The notes: generated from the letters alone by a model not told the origin. Positions 50,311-63,627 are shown, counted from the stretch's first letter. The stretch: DNA of 64,000 bases from Tubiluchus corallicola (GCA_030141605.1 JAQGDQ010000065.1:1-64000); one strand, 5' to 3'. Translations and numbers: made by a program.

Positions 50311-50684
50311 ACTTGTTGTTGGCATCCTTCTGTCTCGGAAGACAATGGAGTGTGCGCCAAGAGAGTCAGTTATTGATCACATTGATGGAGTTGCAGCGTC
50401 GACTGTGGCTGAGCAGTGCGATCCTTGAACGTCTCCGGGGCGCACGCCTGCGCAAGGTGTAAGGAGATCCTGAGTTGCCCATACAACAGGAACCCCCTCT
50501 CTTCCTCGCTGGTGTAGTCCAAAGGAAAACGGAGCGTTTGGCACCAGGTTGGCTGCAGGAGCTGCCGGAGTCAGTGAACATGCTGCACTGGTCTGCCTTC
50601 GGGGCTCCACTCCTAATTTGGAAGGTTTACTCCTCTGGGTCACTTGACCTCCTCCGCCCTCTAGCCGTTGGGTCCCTCGCAGAG
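50311..50684 (-). mobile_element. Short non-autonomous RTE-like element with a (CAA)n tail on the minus strand
   Basis: GC-rich island beginning ttgttgttggcatccttctgtctcg. Its reverse complement resembles the 3' end of the 35956 element. Confidence 0.6.
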
Positions 50685-51179
50685 TATACATGCATAAGTA
50701 TAATACAAGTATATACTAACACTTGTATACATGTATTAAATTACTAGTAGCGCGCCCGTGTTAGCCAGGATACGCCTCGCTTTGCAGCTTGTAGCTCATG
50801 TTCTAATAAACTAAAAACCCTAAAGATGCAACTGCCTCAGAAAATGTCAGAAAAGGGGTTACAAAATTTGTAAATAACTTTTTCGTCCTGTTTGTTATAA
50901 TGCGCATGCGTGCAGACGACGAGACTTTAATGGCACGTTTATATGTGGGTTTAGGGAAAAAATTAGAAAAAACTCGTCGCAGGCAGAAACACGACACATT
51001 TACATTTGTGAAAGTTGTACGTGAAAAGTTGATAGTGTGTTGGCATGTAAAATGTGTAGTATGTACATGTGTAATACACGTGCCTCGTGACTGTTTTGCT
51101 CATATGGGCATTGTTTTTTTAATTTATTAAATATATCCACAATGATCATTACAGCATTGTACATAAAAGTATTTAATAA

Positions 51180-52380
51180 CATATTTATTATCATGTGCAC
51201 AAGATGCCAAGGGGTACTCAAGAAGTAATTACTTGTTTAGAGCACCCCAAATGAACGTGGACTGAGTGTAATAGAAAAGAGCAGTAAAGGAGTAGAAAGA
51301 AAGGTTAATAGAGAATAGAAAGAAGGAGAAAGATGTGATGGCATCTTTATTATTATGTACACAAGATGCCAAGCCGCAAATGACCCGTGGGGTACTCAAG
51401 AAGTAATTACTTGTTTAGAGCACCCCAAATGAATGTGGACTGAGTGTAATAGAAAAGAGCAGTAAAGGAGTAGAAGGAAAGGTTAATAGAGAATAGAAAG
51501 AAGGAGAAAGATGTGATGGTATCTGTATGAAGCAATGAATGTGGACTGAGTGTAGTAGAAAAGAGCAGTAAAGGAGTAGAAAGAAAGGTTAATAGAGAAT
51601 AGAAAGAAGGAGAAAGATGTGATGGCATCTTTATTATTATGTACACAAGATGCCAAGCCGCAAATGACCCGTGGGGTACTCAAGAAGTAATTACTTGTTT
51701 AGAGCACCCCAAATGAATGTGGACTGAGTGTAATAGAAAAGAGCAGTAAAGGAGTAGAAAGAAAGGTTAATAGAGAATAGAAAGAAGGAGAAAGATGTGA
51801 TGGTATCTGTATGAAGTAATGAATGTGGACTGAGTGTAGTAGAAAAGAGCAGTAAAGGAGTAGAAAGAAAGGTTAATAGAGAATAGAAAGAAGGAGAAAG
51901 ATGTGATGGCATCTTTATTATTATGTACACAAGATGCCAAGCCGCAAATGACCCGTGGGGTACTCAAGAAGTAATTACTTGTTTAGAGCACCCCAAATGA
52001 ATGTGGACTGAGTGTAATAGAAAAGAGCAGTAAAGGAGTAGAAAGAAAGGTTAATAGAGAATAGAAAGAAGGAGAAAGGTGTGATGGTATCTGTATGAAG
52101 TAACGTGAACTATAGAAATGTAAAAATTGACATAGCCAGCAACGCAATGGATTCCGACAGGGACAGCAGTGTAATTAATCAAATTGATTTATTCTGTATA
52201 ATTAGAAAAGATTTCACTTTTGAAATTTCTTTTCAAGTTATTTATAGATAAAGAATTTTTATGTATTCGTTGATCTTATTCCAAAGTCTAGGGCCAGTGT
52301 TAGTGATGAAGTGCCTTGCCGCGTCAGTCCTGCAATACTTAATACGAAATTCGTTAAATCTTGTTGAGTAATGTCTTACG
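51180..52380 (-). mobile_element. CR1/L2-group LINE 3' end whose 3'UTR is amplified into a 284-bp-period composite array (51190-52105)
   Basis: Minus strand HYSTR...RTDAARHFITNTGPRLWNKINEYIKNSLSINNLKRNFK...*, followed by the array. Confidence 0.75.
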
Positions 52381-53599
52381 TTAGTAGACAATGGGTGTTA
52401 TGAATAAATGTTTCGTCTTTTCAACATTGTGCTACAAGGAAAAGGGAGAGTCCACCAAGACGAGGCACTTATTTGTGGCCCTCGAGTTACGATCAAATCT
52501 ACAATGTTGCAACAAGCTTTCCTTTTCTAGCGATGATGTATAAACTTCAACATCAGAGGCATTAATTGTGTCATAATTAGAGAATTCGAAATATCCGTGA
52601 CTCGATTACAAAAAGAAAATTTGCAAAATGTTCAGTTTACGGTATAATTTATGTAATTTGACGTTTTCGTCCCCTAAGCCCAAAATGAGGTGCATATAAC
52701 AGTAATCCTCTTATGATTGTTACAAGTTTCGTGAACTATTTTAGGACAAAAATTAACCTATTTCTAATGGCTGTAACTTGAGAATTTGTGCTCTGTGAAT
52801 ATAATTTATATTAGGTCTTCAACAAAATACTTCAACTTTTCACTTTCGTGAAGTATCTTTGAACATTTTAAGGTTCCAAGATAAACATTTCAAACTGGTG
52901 TGCAGTATTGTAACACAGGTTTTATATAAGTGGAAACTATCAGAAAACTACATAACTTCAGTGGAAAATTATACGTATTTTTATTATTTATTTGTAAGAT
53001 GCAGTGTGGAAATAAATAAACTTGAATTTAACCTTAAAACTTCAATATTTTAAAGAGTAGATTGTTTTGACCTACAGTTTAAGATTGCGTCCAGTTTTGC
53101 TTTAAAGTAAATGATTCCTATAGAAAACAGAAGGGCGCAGTTTCTTTTTTTAACGTCTGATCCCGTAATTATGTTGATGTAAGTCATAAAACATATGTAA
53201 GATGACTTTGTAAGATGCAGTGTGGAAATAAATAAATTTGAACCTAAACTTAAGTCTCATATCACTTATGGTATCAGAGCTATCTCTGCATTAGTGGCGC
53301 CCAAATACTTGATATTGCATTTTTATGAGGTCACGTTAATTTCACCGTCATGAATTTGACACTGGCACTGTAAATTGTGACGAAATTTGGACAGTTATTC
53401 TTGCTGATTGTATCTGCTCTGGCATTTCCTGCGTGAGTGCCACTGAAACTGAAAGTAATGAGCTGCCGAGAGAAAAGAGAGGGCTGTTTTGCCCCGCGGC
53501 AAGGTGCAGGTGATCTCGTTTTTATTTCAACTTTCACTGGGCAACTTGGGTAGTCGTCTGAAACGTTGACGTTTTATAGTAAAGCTTGGTGAAATCTAA

Positions 53600-54035
53600 G
53601 GGGCGAGGTAAGTTTGGTAGGAGGAACTTTTGGTACACTGTAATTTTGGTACCGGGTAAGTTTGGTACGAGGGAATCTTGGTACCAGGAAAATTTGGTAC
53701 TAGGACTTTTTGGTACACTGTAATTTTGGTACAGTGAAAAGATAGATGGTACTGGAAAATATGGTACTAATAAACCAGACTTTCCTAGTACCATATTTCT
53801 TTCCTACTGAATAAACTTCTTTGTTTTCTAGTTCAAACAATTATTTTATACCGAAATGCTCTCTTTTTCGTTTAATACCATATTTTCCTCGTACCAAATT
53901 TTCCAGTACCAGATTTTCCTCGTACCAAATTTTCCTCGTACCAAATATTCCTCGTACCATATTTTCCTTGTACCAAAATTACCTCTACCAAACTTATGTG
54001 TACCAAACTTACTTGTACCAAATTTTCCCACGTTG
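53600..54035. mobile_element. Foldback/Mutator-like element with modular inverted arms and a 9-bp TSD
   Basis: Left arm of (tttggtac) units, right arm of (gtaccaaa) units; GAAATCTAA at 53591 and 54036. Confidence 0.7.
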
Positions 54036-55071
54036 GAAATCTAAACATGGTAATGTACATTGTACACTTTGTGTACTACTGAGTCTTCGATGAATTTTTA
54101 ATTAATTCTTCGCATTGGGGCTTGAAATCAGTTAGTTTTTATCATACGTAGATTGTTACAATAAAGTGTACAGTAATATTGTAATGGAATATTAGTTATT
54201 GTACGGATATGGTAATAAGTACGATTAATCAATAAAATTATAGGTAATTACACCAACTTACACATGGACTTTTTGTTAGAATTCTCTGTATAATAATTTG
54301 GCGAGTATGGCGGGCGATCATAAACTGTTTAATTTTAATCTTATAATAACTCTTAACCCAGGAAACGCAGACCTATATTTTTTCTAAATAACCTAGATTA
54401 CTTCTACATAGGCCTACGTCGCATGTGTGGTATTTGTGGGCCATGTTTATTCAGGTCTAGGCTAAGTGAAATATATCTGTGTAGTACACTTCCACTTATA
54501 ACCTATATTATAATGGAGCCTGCGTTTCTGCAATTCAAAAACATTAAAATTTTAATTCTTCGTGTAGGCCCAACGAATTCGGGTTATGTGAAGTAATATA
54601 CATATTTATTTATTTAGTACGATTAGACATAATTGTTTATACGTACTGTATATGAAAGTGTGCGCCGACAATGTTCTGGGAAAACAGTAAAATTTTGCGA
54701 TAAACGAAATCTTTCTAGGTCCGCCATGTTTTATTTGTGCCGCTGTTAATAAAGTACTTATTGCGGTGCACGTGTTGTTGATTCTTAACCCATTTTCCAA
54801 CTAGAGTTGTGGCATTTTCTTAACCCTGCTTGGCAAGTTGGCGATTAAAAATGCTGTTAAAATTGCTTCTTGGCTGAAATTCTTCACGGTTGACCTTTCT
54901 CCGATCACGTGACAAAACGGACAAAGAACATTTTTTTCACGAATAGTATTTTGAAGCAATAGCCAACCCAGACGATCTTTATACGAAACAACGGCTAAGG
55001 TTCTGCACACACTAGAGATTAGTTCGTGAAGCGGAATATGATTAGGGTTAGTTAGGGGTAGGGATAAGGTT

Positions 55072-55635
55072 AACCTAGCCACTGGGGGGGGGGGGGCAAG
55101 CCAGTCCAACTCAGTGCCGGTCCCAAGCCCGGATAAATAGGGAGAGTCAGGAAGGGCATCCGCCTGTAAAAACTGCGCCAAAAGCTTCTATGAATGAGTC
55201 GGTGAGTGCAAAGAAGTGGTCAGACCCGCTCTAATCTATGGGCTGGAAGCAGCTTCTCTAAAGAAGATCGAAGAGAAGAAAATGGGTGTGGTGGAGATGA
55301 GGATGCTGAGATGGATGGTGGGAATAACGAGAAGAGATAAAATTAGAAATGATAATATCAGAGGAACAGTAAAGGTAGTGGAAGCCTCGCAAGACTGCGA
55401 TGGTATGGACACCCGAAAAGAAGAGTCGGTGAAGATCATGTGGGAAAGGAGGTCATGGAAATGGAAGTGCTCGGAAATAGAAGAAGAGGACGACCCAAGC
55501 GGAGATGGATTGATTGTATGAATTGAGACCTTAGAGAGAAGAACATAAATGAAGAGATGGTCAACAACAGGAATGCGTGGAGAAGACTCATTCACAACGG
55601 CGACCCCGCATAGGGAAAAGCTGGGAAGAAGAAGA
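55072..55635 (+). mobile_element. Internally deleted RTE LINE (5'UTR-like segment joined to the ORF2 3' end, (AAG)n tail)
   Basis: VVRPALIYGLE...EMRMLRWMVGITRRDKIRN...GRPKRRW; ~18-bp TSD AGGGGTAGGGATA(A/T)GGTT at 55054-71 and 55636-53. Confidence 0.88.
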
Positions 55636-56254
55636 AGGGGTAGGGATATGGTTGGATTAGAGTATTTAAGTTGTGTGGGGGAATTGTGGACTCCTTCTCG
55701 AAACATCTTCCAACTGATATTTCTTCTCATTTAAAAAAAGGTTAAAGAAGAAGAGATAATATTAAGTCAGAGTTTTTCTAACTCTAAATCAGAGGCCAAA
55801 AGTCCCAAAAAATTCATCCATTGAAAGGGTTATCCTTCTGTGAGTTAGACGTTATGAGTTAGCAGCGCAAATGGTAGTATGCCTTTAATCTGTCTGCATA
55901 ATAGACAATAAAACTAGTTCGACTTGAAAGCTTTCAGGTTTCTCAGTCCCTTCAGAGATGGAAAAGTACAAACCTCTCCTCTTGCAGTTTTCCCACTTCG
56001 CGCTCTTGATTTTTCATTTCGCTGGCAAACGAATCCTGCATGTTGTTACAAGAAATATTTTTTCTGATGATATCAATAAACCAAACATTATCTTAGGTAC
56101 CAACAAAGTCCACCGTCCTGTTGCTTCCAATTTCCTTTTTGAAGACATACTAACCCCCCTCCCCATGGCCATCCCAATTTGTTTCATTGCTGTTTATGAA
56201 ACTCGGTTACTGTATGATAATTTCTATGGATTATATACAAAGAAGCGAAACTTT

Positions 56255-56770
56255 TCTTCTTCTTCTTCTTTAAAGTCTAATTCCATCTATTGTAGGCATT
56301 GAGGTATCAACATTTATTAGAGTATTCCACCCACTTCTATCTGCAGCTAACAGCGTAAGTTTTTTACTCCTAAAGATAGATTTGTTTGAAGTTGTTGAAC
56401 ATCTTTATTTATCTTAGCTATTCAGGTTGTTTTTGGTTTCCCGGTGGTTTTTTGCAAGGTTTCAAGGCTTCCTTTAAGGCGATTCTTACTGGTGCTTCAT
56501 GTGGTAATCTTAGAAGATGTCCTAGCCATCTTAATCTTTGGATCTTGACTTTTGAACTCCAACTCTTTCTTTCTAGTGTATAAATCTTCATTTTTGATTA
56601 TGCAAGGCCATCTTATCTTTAAAACTTTCCTTGGAAGAAATGTGTCAATCTGCTTTTCTTGAGTAATCGTTAAACCTCAAGTTCCACTGTTGTACGTAAA
56701 CATGCTGGTAACGTAAGCATTAAATAATCGCAGTCTTATGTTAATACTTAACTTAATTCTAGTTAATATA
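56255..56770 (-). mobile_element. RTE-like LINE 3' fragment with (AAG)n tail
   Basis: Minus strand RLRWLGHLLRLPHEAPVRIAL; (ttc)n at 56255. Confidence 0.75.
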
Positions 56771-57310
56771 TTTTTTTATTGAAGAGGCACAACAACACAC
56801 TGTTTTGTGTCTCTGCAACGAGGCAAAGATTTTGAACTTGAAATCGAAAGTGGAGTTTATTTTATTGATTTTTCACATTCGCCACGCCATCTGCGCGCCA
56901 GCCGCGCTGCGCTCACAAATGCAAACAAAACATGGCGGTACACGTGGCCTAGTTGCTCTGCCTGTGACCTAAAAATGCACTTTCAATGGCGAAATGCTAC
57001 ATCCTTAACCTTGATAGTGAAATCTAGAGCATTGGGTACAGTGTTATAGTCGCATTGACTAGATTTAGGCTAATCAAACGCTGTCATTGGTGGTTAGTTC
57101 TCTTGCGGAGCGCTGATTGTAGGGGGACCTTGGCGGTTTAGCTAATTCGCATACATGCTGTTTCGCTGTCAGATTATTGGTACTGTATTCCATGCAGTTG
57201 CCCTTACTGCTATTATATTGTGGCACGTGAATGCATTAAAGAAGTGTAAGTAATAATAACTCACGAGTGTCAAAAACGTCAACGTTGAATTATATATATA
57301 TATATATATA

Positions 57311-57850
57311 ATCTTTATTTGCCATTAAAATACATTGATAATCACTGATAAAAACTTTACAGAGATGATCAATCAGTGTTAGTTAATAAAAACTTACACT
57401 GCTAAAGGCAAATGCGTCAGTGCAATCTAAACTACTGTGCAGTAATGGAAAGTAACGACGAATAAAATCAAACATATTTACAACTATGCACAAAAAAATG
57501 AAAAACTATGATTTAATTAATATGGTCGTGGATATATGAATTCTGAATTAGTGTGTGTGTTGTCGTACTGGTGTGATGGTATTTCATATCTGGTTAATAT
57601 TAGTGATTTTAATTTTGTTTTAAATGCTGATAGGGACTTGATTTGTTTAACCTGTAATGGTAGAGAATTCCAAAGTAGAATTGCTTATTTGATTACAGAG
57701 TTCGTTCCATAGTGGGTATTTGTACTAATTTGTTTTAGATTGCTTGTTCTGGAATTAACGATAGGATTTGGAAAAAAGGTAAATCTGTTATTCTGGAATG
57801 GTTTGCTGATGTTGTTAATGTATTTAAATATATTCGTTTCCCAGCCTACT
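57311..57850 (-). mobile_element. CR1-like LINE 3' fragment
   Basis: Minus strand THYGTNS...LLWNSLPLQVKQIKSLSAFKTKLK; AATAAA next to an (AT)n tract. Confidence 0.65.
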
Positions 57851-58328
57851 GAACAAACTGTGTGATACAGTGTACATTGTATTTAGTATTTGATTAATAA
57901 AATAGAGATCGATTCAGTTTTGTGACGTCGGGCGGGCCTATATTTAAACTGTTGGCATTTGTAAATCGGTCAAGAGATGCTATTTTAAAAGCACTGTCGC
58001 TTTTAAGCACGAATTCTATTTGTACAACCCTAGGAGTGAATAGCATGCTTATCGCACAAAATATTTCCAATTTTCATAACGAATACTCGATTTCCATTTC
58101 TAATATTTCCTTTTCCATATCTAATAATCGTGATATATTTGCTTATGAGTTGTACTGGCTTTTTGAAGAGGGAATTCCGCCTACCAGGCTCTTCGTATGA
58201 AGAAATTCGTCAGATTTTGTGTCATATTATAACTAACTAATGTAAATATTATTGAAAATATATTACTAACCAATAATGATGAATTGTACTGTTATAATAC
58301 GTGTAATATATGCGACTATATTTATATG

Positions 58329-58716
58329 TAGTGCTTCAAATGATAGTTCTTGAAGCTTCACCTTTATAAGAATCATATAAAAAGGCGCCTGTACATTCCA
58401 AATACGTAAATGCTGTATGTAAATCATGTTAGTGCTGCCTGAGATTCATATAAGTGTCCATCAATTGACTATCATATACAATTGTATATGATATCATACA
58501 CATATAATTATATATATGTCTGTGTATCATATGTGTATATATGTGTATTATATCATATACAATTGTATATGATAGTCAATTGATGGACACTTATATGAAT
58601 CTCAGGCAGCACTAACATGATTTATGTACAGCATTTACTTACTTTCAATGTATAGGCACCTTTTTATATGATTTTTATGAAGGTGAAGCTTCAAGAACTG
58701 TCATTTGAACGCACTA
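58329..58716. mobile_element. ~390-bp palindromic foldback/MITE with ~170-bp arms
   Basis: tagtgcttcaaatgatagttcttgaagcttcacctt ... aaggtgaagcttcaagaactgtcatttgaacgcacta; inner arms nearly perfect. Confidence 0.85.
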
Positions 58717-59148
58717 CCCGATATTCAACAAAAAACGGGAGAAATTTAGTGCAGTTTTGTAAAAATTAGGCTACCGTTTTTACAGGATAACTCCGTTACA
58801 ATGTCAAATCCCGTTGCCTGTAAACCACTGTTCGTCTAAAGTCTAGACCGGCACGCCTGGGTTTCGTTTCTTCACCACCGGAAACGCTGCTGCCTCGGAA
58901 AGTCCGGGCGAGGGTCGGATCCGGTTATATTTAGTCGAAGTGCCACTGAACTCGGCCTTCACTATAGTTAGCTTGCACTGGTCTCTGGAGGTTTTGGACT
59001 GGTTGCATACAATAGGTGTCTGTTGGCTTAGCAAATACACGTGTAGTGGATCCCTTAACCCGTTGTGCGCGAAGCGAGAGTGCGTTGTGACCAAATATGT
59101 TCAGAATTTCCTGGGTGTGTGCACAGCACATGTGGGGCCTAGCTGTTG

Positions 59149-59833
59149 CAGTACAGCATTTGCAGTTCATTCATGTCTTTGAAACAGTACAGCGTTTGCA
59201 GTTCGTTCATGTCTTTGAAACAGTACAGCATTTGTAGTTCATTCATGTCTTTGAAACAGTACAGCATTTGTAGTTCATTCATGTCTTTGAAACAGTACAG
59301 CATTTGTAGTTCATTCATGTCTTTGAAACAGTACAGCATTTGCAGTTCATTCATGTCTTTGAAACAGTACACCATTTGTAGTTCATTCATGTCTTTGAAA
59401 CAGTACAGCATTTGCAGTTCATTCATGTCTTTGAAACAGTACAGCATTTGCAGTTTATTCATGTCTTTGAAACAGTACACCATTTGCAGTTCATTCATGT
59501 CTTTGAAACAGTACAGCGTTTGCAGTTCATTCATGTCTTTGAAACAGTACAGCATTTGCAGTTCAGTCATGTCTTTGAAACAGTACAGCATTTGCAGTTC
59601 ATTCATGTCTTTGAAGCAGTACACCATTTGCAGTTCATTCATGTCTTTGAAACAGTACAGCGTTTGCAGTTCATTCATGTCTTTGAAACAGTACAGCATT
59701 TGCAGTTCAGTCATGTCTTTGAAACAGTACAGCATTTGCAGTTCATTCATGTCTTTGAAACAGTACAGCGTTTGCAGTTCATTCATGTCTTTGAAACAGT
59801 ACAGCATTTGCAGTTCATTCATGCTTCTGAAAC
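59149..59833. repeat. 36-bp minisatellite (~19 copies)
   Basis: Unit cagtacagcatttgcagttcattcatgtctttgaaa. Confidence 0.98.
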
Positions 59834-61116
59834 ATAATCGTTGTGATATATATTTATTCAGAGAAAAATTATTAAATGCGCATGATATAACTGTTAGATG
59901 TCTGCTTTCAATTTCTCTGCCTATTGTAAAACGTTTTGTAACGTATCAACGCTGTTACTCAAAGAACACGATTTTGTAACAATGTAAATTAAGGTACTGT
60001 TGTGTGGGGATACACTGGAAATTGTAAACTGTCCAGTATGGTAATGGTTGTATGGTAATGTGGCTATCACGTGCTTCCGAGGCAGGTATGATAGAACTTC
60101 ATTTGACAGAGTATACGTGTAATTAAAGCTTTAATCAAGATTGTATGCGATTATAGTTGTGTTACTGTTGTGGGATATAAGTACATGCTTATCAAAATTT
60201 TTAAACTTGGAGCGTAAGTTCATACTATATTAGAAGTTTAATTGTTTGTAACAGTTGAACGTAAGGGTTGAACAGGAGACTGATGGTAGCCCATCTCCTG
60301 AACTTGATTACTAGCACCTCATCTCCTGAACTTGAGAACTAGTTTCTGAAGCTTACCTTTTTGAAAGACATATGTAACTACAATAAAAATGATTAATTAT
60401 TTAAAATGTTAAGATGGTAAGATGTCGTTGACTCACCCTCCATGGCGAACTACTCACTAACCAAAAAACTTATTTTTAGTCTTATTGACAGTAATTTAAA
60501 ATTTTACTTAATTAGCAACATGTATGTTACGAATGCTCTGATTATTTTTTCAAACTTAGTGTTATCAAAACTTGTTTCAAATGACCTACCATCAAAATGG
60601 CTGCGTCTAACGGTCATCGAGGGAGTTTAAATTTTGCAAGCCATGCATACAAAAAGGTAGTATGTAAGTGATATAAAATTTGATTTACGACGAATTTTTT
60701 AAGCTCAAGCCATGCATACAAAAAGGTGGTATGTAACTGATATAGAATTTGACTTACGACGAATTTGTTAAGCTTTGTGTAATTGGGGGGTTTTCTTGTG
60801 CTTTAACACTCGAGTACAAATCTGTCTCCAGCAGGTCCATCAAATCAATGTTATGTACAGTCTGCGCTTGCCAGCACCATACTCGACATTGTCGTGGTTG
60901 CAAACGTTACTGTCACTGAGACGTCAGCGTTAACACTCCAAGTTAATTAAACTGTCTGTCGCAAAGAAGAAGAGAAAATGCGTTGTCATTGACGACGTGG
61001 TTTTATTTCTTCTTGTTTATATGCTGTTATCAGTGCTGTCGTGTGTCTAACTGGAACGGTTTTGTCTAACCTTGGCAGAGACGTGGTTCTGTATTGTTGG
61101 TTCAGAACGCATACAA

Positions 61117-61850
61117 TGTCTCAAAAACACAAAATGTAGCAACAGCTACAACTGTGACAACAGGTCCCTGTTAATTACACATTACTACAGCTACTACGTG
61201 TCTCAAAAACACAAAATGTAGCAACAGCTACAACTGTGACAACAGGACCCTGTTAATTATACATTACTACAGCTACTACGTGTCTCAAAAACACAAAATG
61301 TAGCCACAGCTACAACTGTGACAACAGGTCCCTGTTAATACTACAGCTACTACGTGTCTCAAAAACACAAAATGTAGCCACAGCTACAACTGTGACAACA
61401 GGACCCTGTTAATTACACCTTACTACGGCTACTACGTGTCTCAAAAACACAAAATGTAGCAACAGCTACTACAACTGTGACAACAGGTCCCTGTTAATTA
61501 CACATTACTACAGCTACTACGTGTCTCAAAAACACAAAATGTAGCAACAGCTACAACTGTGACAACAGGACCCTGTTAATTACACCTTACTACAGCTACT
61601 ACGTGTCTCAAAAACACAAAATGTAGCAACAGCTACAACTGTGACAACAGGACCCTGTTAATTACACATAACTACGGCTACTACGTGTCTCAAAAACACA
61701 AAATGTAGCAACAGCTACAACTGTGACAACAGGACCCTGTTAATTACACCTTACTACGGCTACTACGTGTCTCAAAAACACAAAATGTAGCAACAGCTAC
61801 AACTGTGACAACAGGACCCTGTTAATTACACCTTACTACAGCCACTACAC
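61117..61850. repeat. 82-bp minisatellite (~9 copies)
   Basis: Unit tgtctcaaaaacacaaaatgtagcaacagctacaactgtgacaacagg(a/t)ccctgttaattacac...ctactacg. Confidence 0.97.
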
Positions 61851-61979
61851 ACAATTAGCATGAAGCTCGGCAGTCATTGTCAGAATTCTCATTATTCTTA
61901 ACCCCGATGCATAGATTATCGTCCTTGTATGTATTTAGCAAGCGACCAGTTTCTGTTGCCAGTTCACGCAAAGGTCAAA

Positions 61980-62308
61980 CCTAGTTCTAACGTGTTATCT
62001 GCCTCGGCTAATAGTATTTGACACATTATTATTGTTTACAGTGGATCTAAAGAGGTGGTACAGTTTCGTGTGATTGTTAGTTTGTCTGTTCAACTATTTA
62101 ATGAAGGCTGTGAATTACTTGACCAATGTCCAGTGCAGAGAGCACCTAGTTCTAACATGTTATCTGCCTCGGCTACTAGTATTTGACACATTGTTATTGT
62201 TTACAGTGAATCTAGGAGCTGGTACAGTTTCGTCTGACTGTTAGTTTGTCTGTTACACTATTTAATGAAGGCTGTGAATTACTTGACCAATGTCCACTAC
62301 AGAGAGCA
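61980..62308. repeat. ~165-bp tandem duplication (2 copies)
   Basis: cctagttctaac.tgttatctgcctcggcta...acttgaccaatgtcca occurs twice. Confidence 0.9.
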
Positions 62309-63159
62309 GATTAATGCTTTGACACCAAGTTGTGTGACTTGGTTTATCTGATAAGGCTGTTCGTCTCTTCTGTATTCTTGGATTCATTATCCATTGTTCA
62401 GGGCCTATTTCAGCCTAAGCGAGACCCGGGGAAGTGGGGCGTTTGAGGCCTCCCAGGGGGGGGGGGGTGTCGGTCGCCACGATGTTTGGCGCCCAAGAAA
62501 ATTTTTGAACTGCTAGAACGCCAGAGAAGCATTTTCGAAGAGAAAATATGCAGTTATACAGTATGTTCGCATAAAGCAAAAAAATTACCTCGGCGGGAGG
62601 CCACCCTGGAGGGTGAGGCCCCGGGGAAGTATCCGCACTCCCCCCTGAAGTGTTAGCCAACGCCCGAGCACGTAAGTTGCATGTGTTGTGTGTGTGTTAT
62701 GTCCTTACATGCATAATTGCAAGTGAATGACCCCAGTTAACCATAAGATGATTAGAGCAAATTATTGTCTGTATAAGTAAAACCGGACCCAATCTTAAAA
62801 CTGTATGTCAAAACAATCTACTCTTTAAAGGAAAACCGGACGATTGTTTAGACTCAATCTCATTTTTATTTACTGTCCAAAATATACGTTTTCTCGCCTA
62901 GAAAAGTTAGCAATTGTTTCTTACATTTGAATAATTAGCTTAGAAAGTTAATTAACGGCAACCGAACACAGCTATTGTTTACGTCAGAAACTAGCCACAG
63001 TTTGTGCAATGTAGGCATCTTCCCTGCGCGTCAAGTACGTTTGTGTAATGATGTCACGAAAATGGGGTCTACGTCATATGACGTCAGAAACTAACACTGC
63101 AGTTGATGATCATGATCATAGTTATCCCAGTACCGCCTTATGTTTAACGGCCACACGCA

Positions 63160-63627
63160 TGTACCTTATCTAACTTATAGCGTTTCAGACCCCTCCCCCT
63201 GCTTGGGACGCCTGTGGTTGTACCTTATCTAACTTATAACGTTTCAGACCCCTCCCTCTGCTTGGGACGCCTGTGGTTGTACCTTATCTAACTTATAACG
63301 TTTCAGACCCCTCCCCCTGCTTGGGACGCCTGTGATTGTACCTTATCTAACTTATAACGTTTCAGACCCCTCCCCCTGCTCGGAACGTCTGTGCTTGCAC
63401 CTTATCTAACTTATAACGTTTCAGACCCCTCCCCCTGCTTGGGACGCCTGTGATTGTACCTTATCTAACCTATAACGTTTCAGACCCCTCCCCCTGCTTG
63501 GGACGCCTGTGATTGTACCTTAACTAACCTATAACGTTTCAGACCCCTCCCTCTGCTTGGGACGCCTGTGATTGCACCTTATCTAACTCGGGACGCCTGT
63601 GATTGTACCTTAACTAACCTATAACGT
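63160..63627. repeat. 59-bp minisatellite (~8 copies)
   Basis: Unit tgtaccttatctaacttataacgtttcagacccctccccctgcttgggacgcctgtg(g/a)t. Confidence 0.96.

Noticed and set aside
59139-59979. 227-277 aa repeat proteins (QYSICSSFMSLK / MNELQMLYCFKD)
   Set aside because: 36-bp minisatellite open in several frames on both strands, with no gene context
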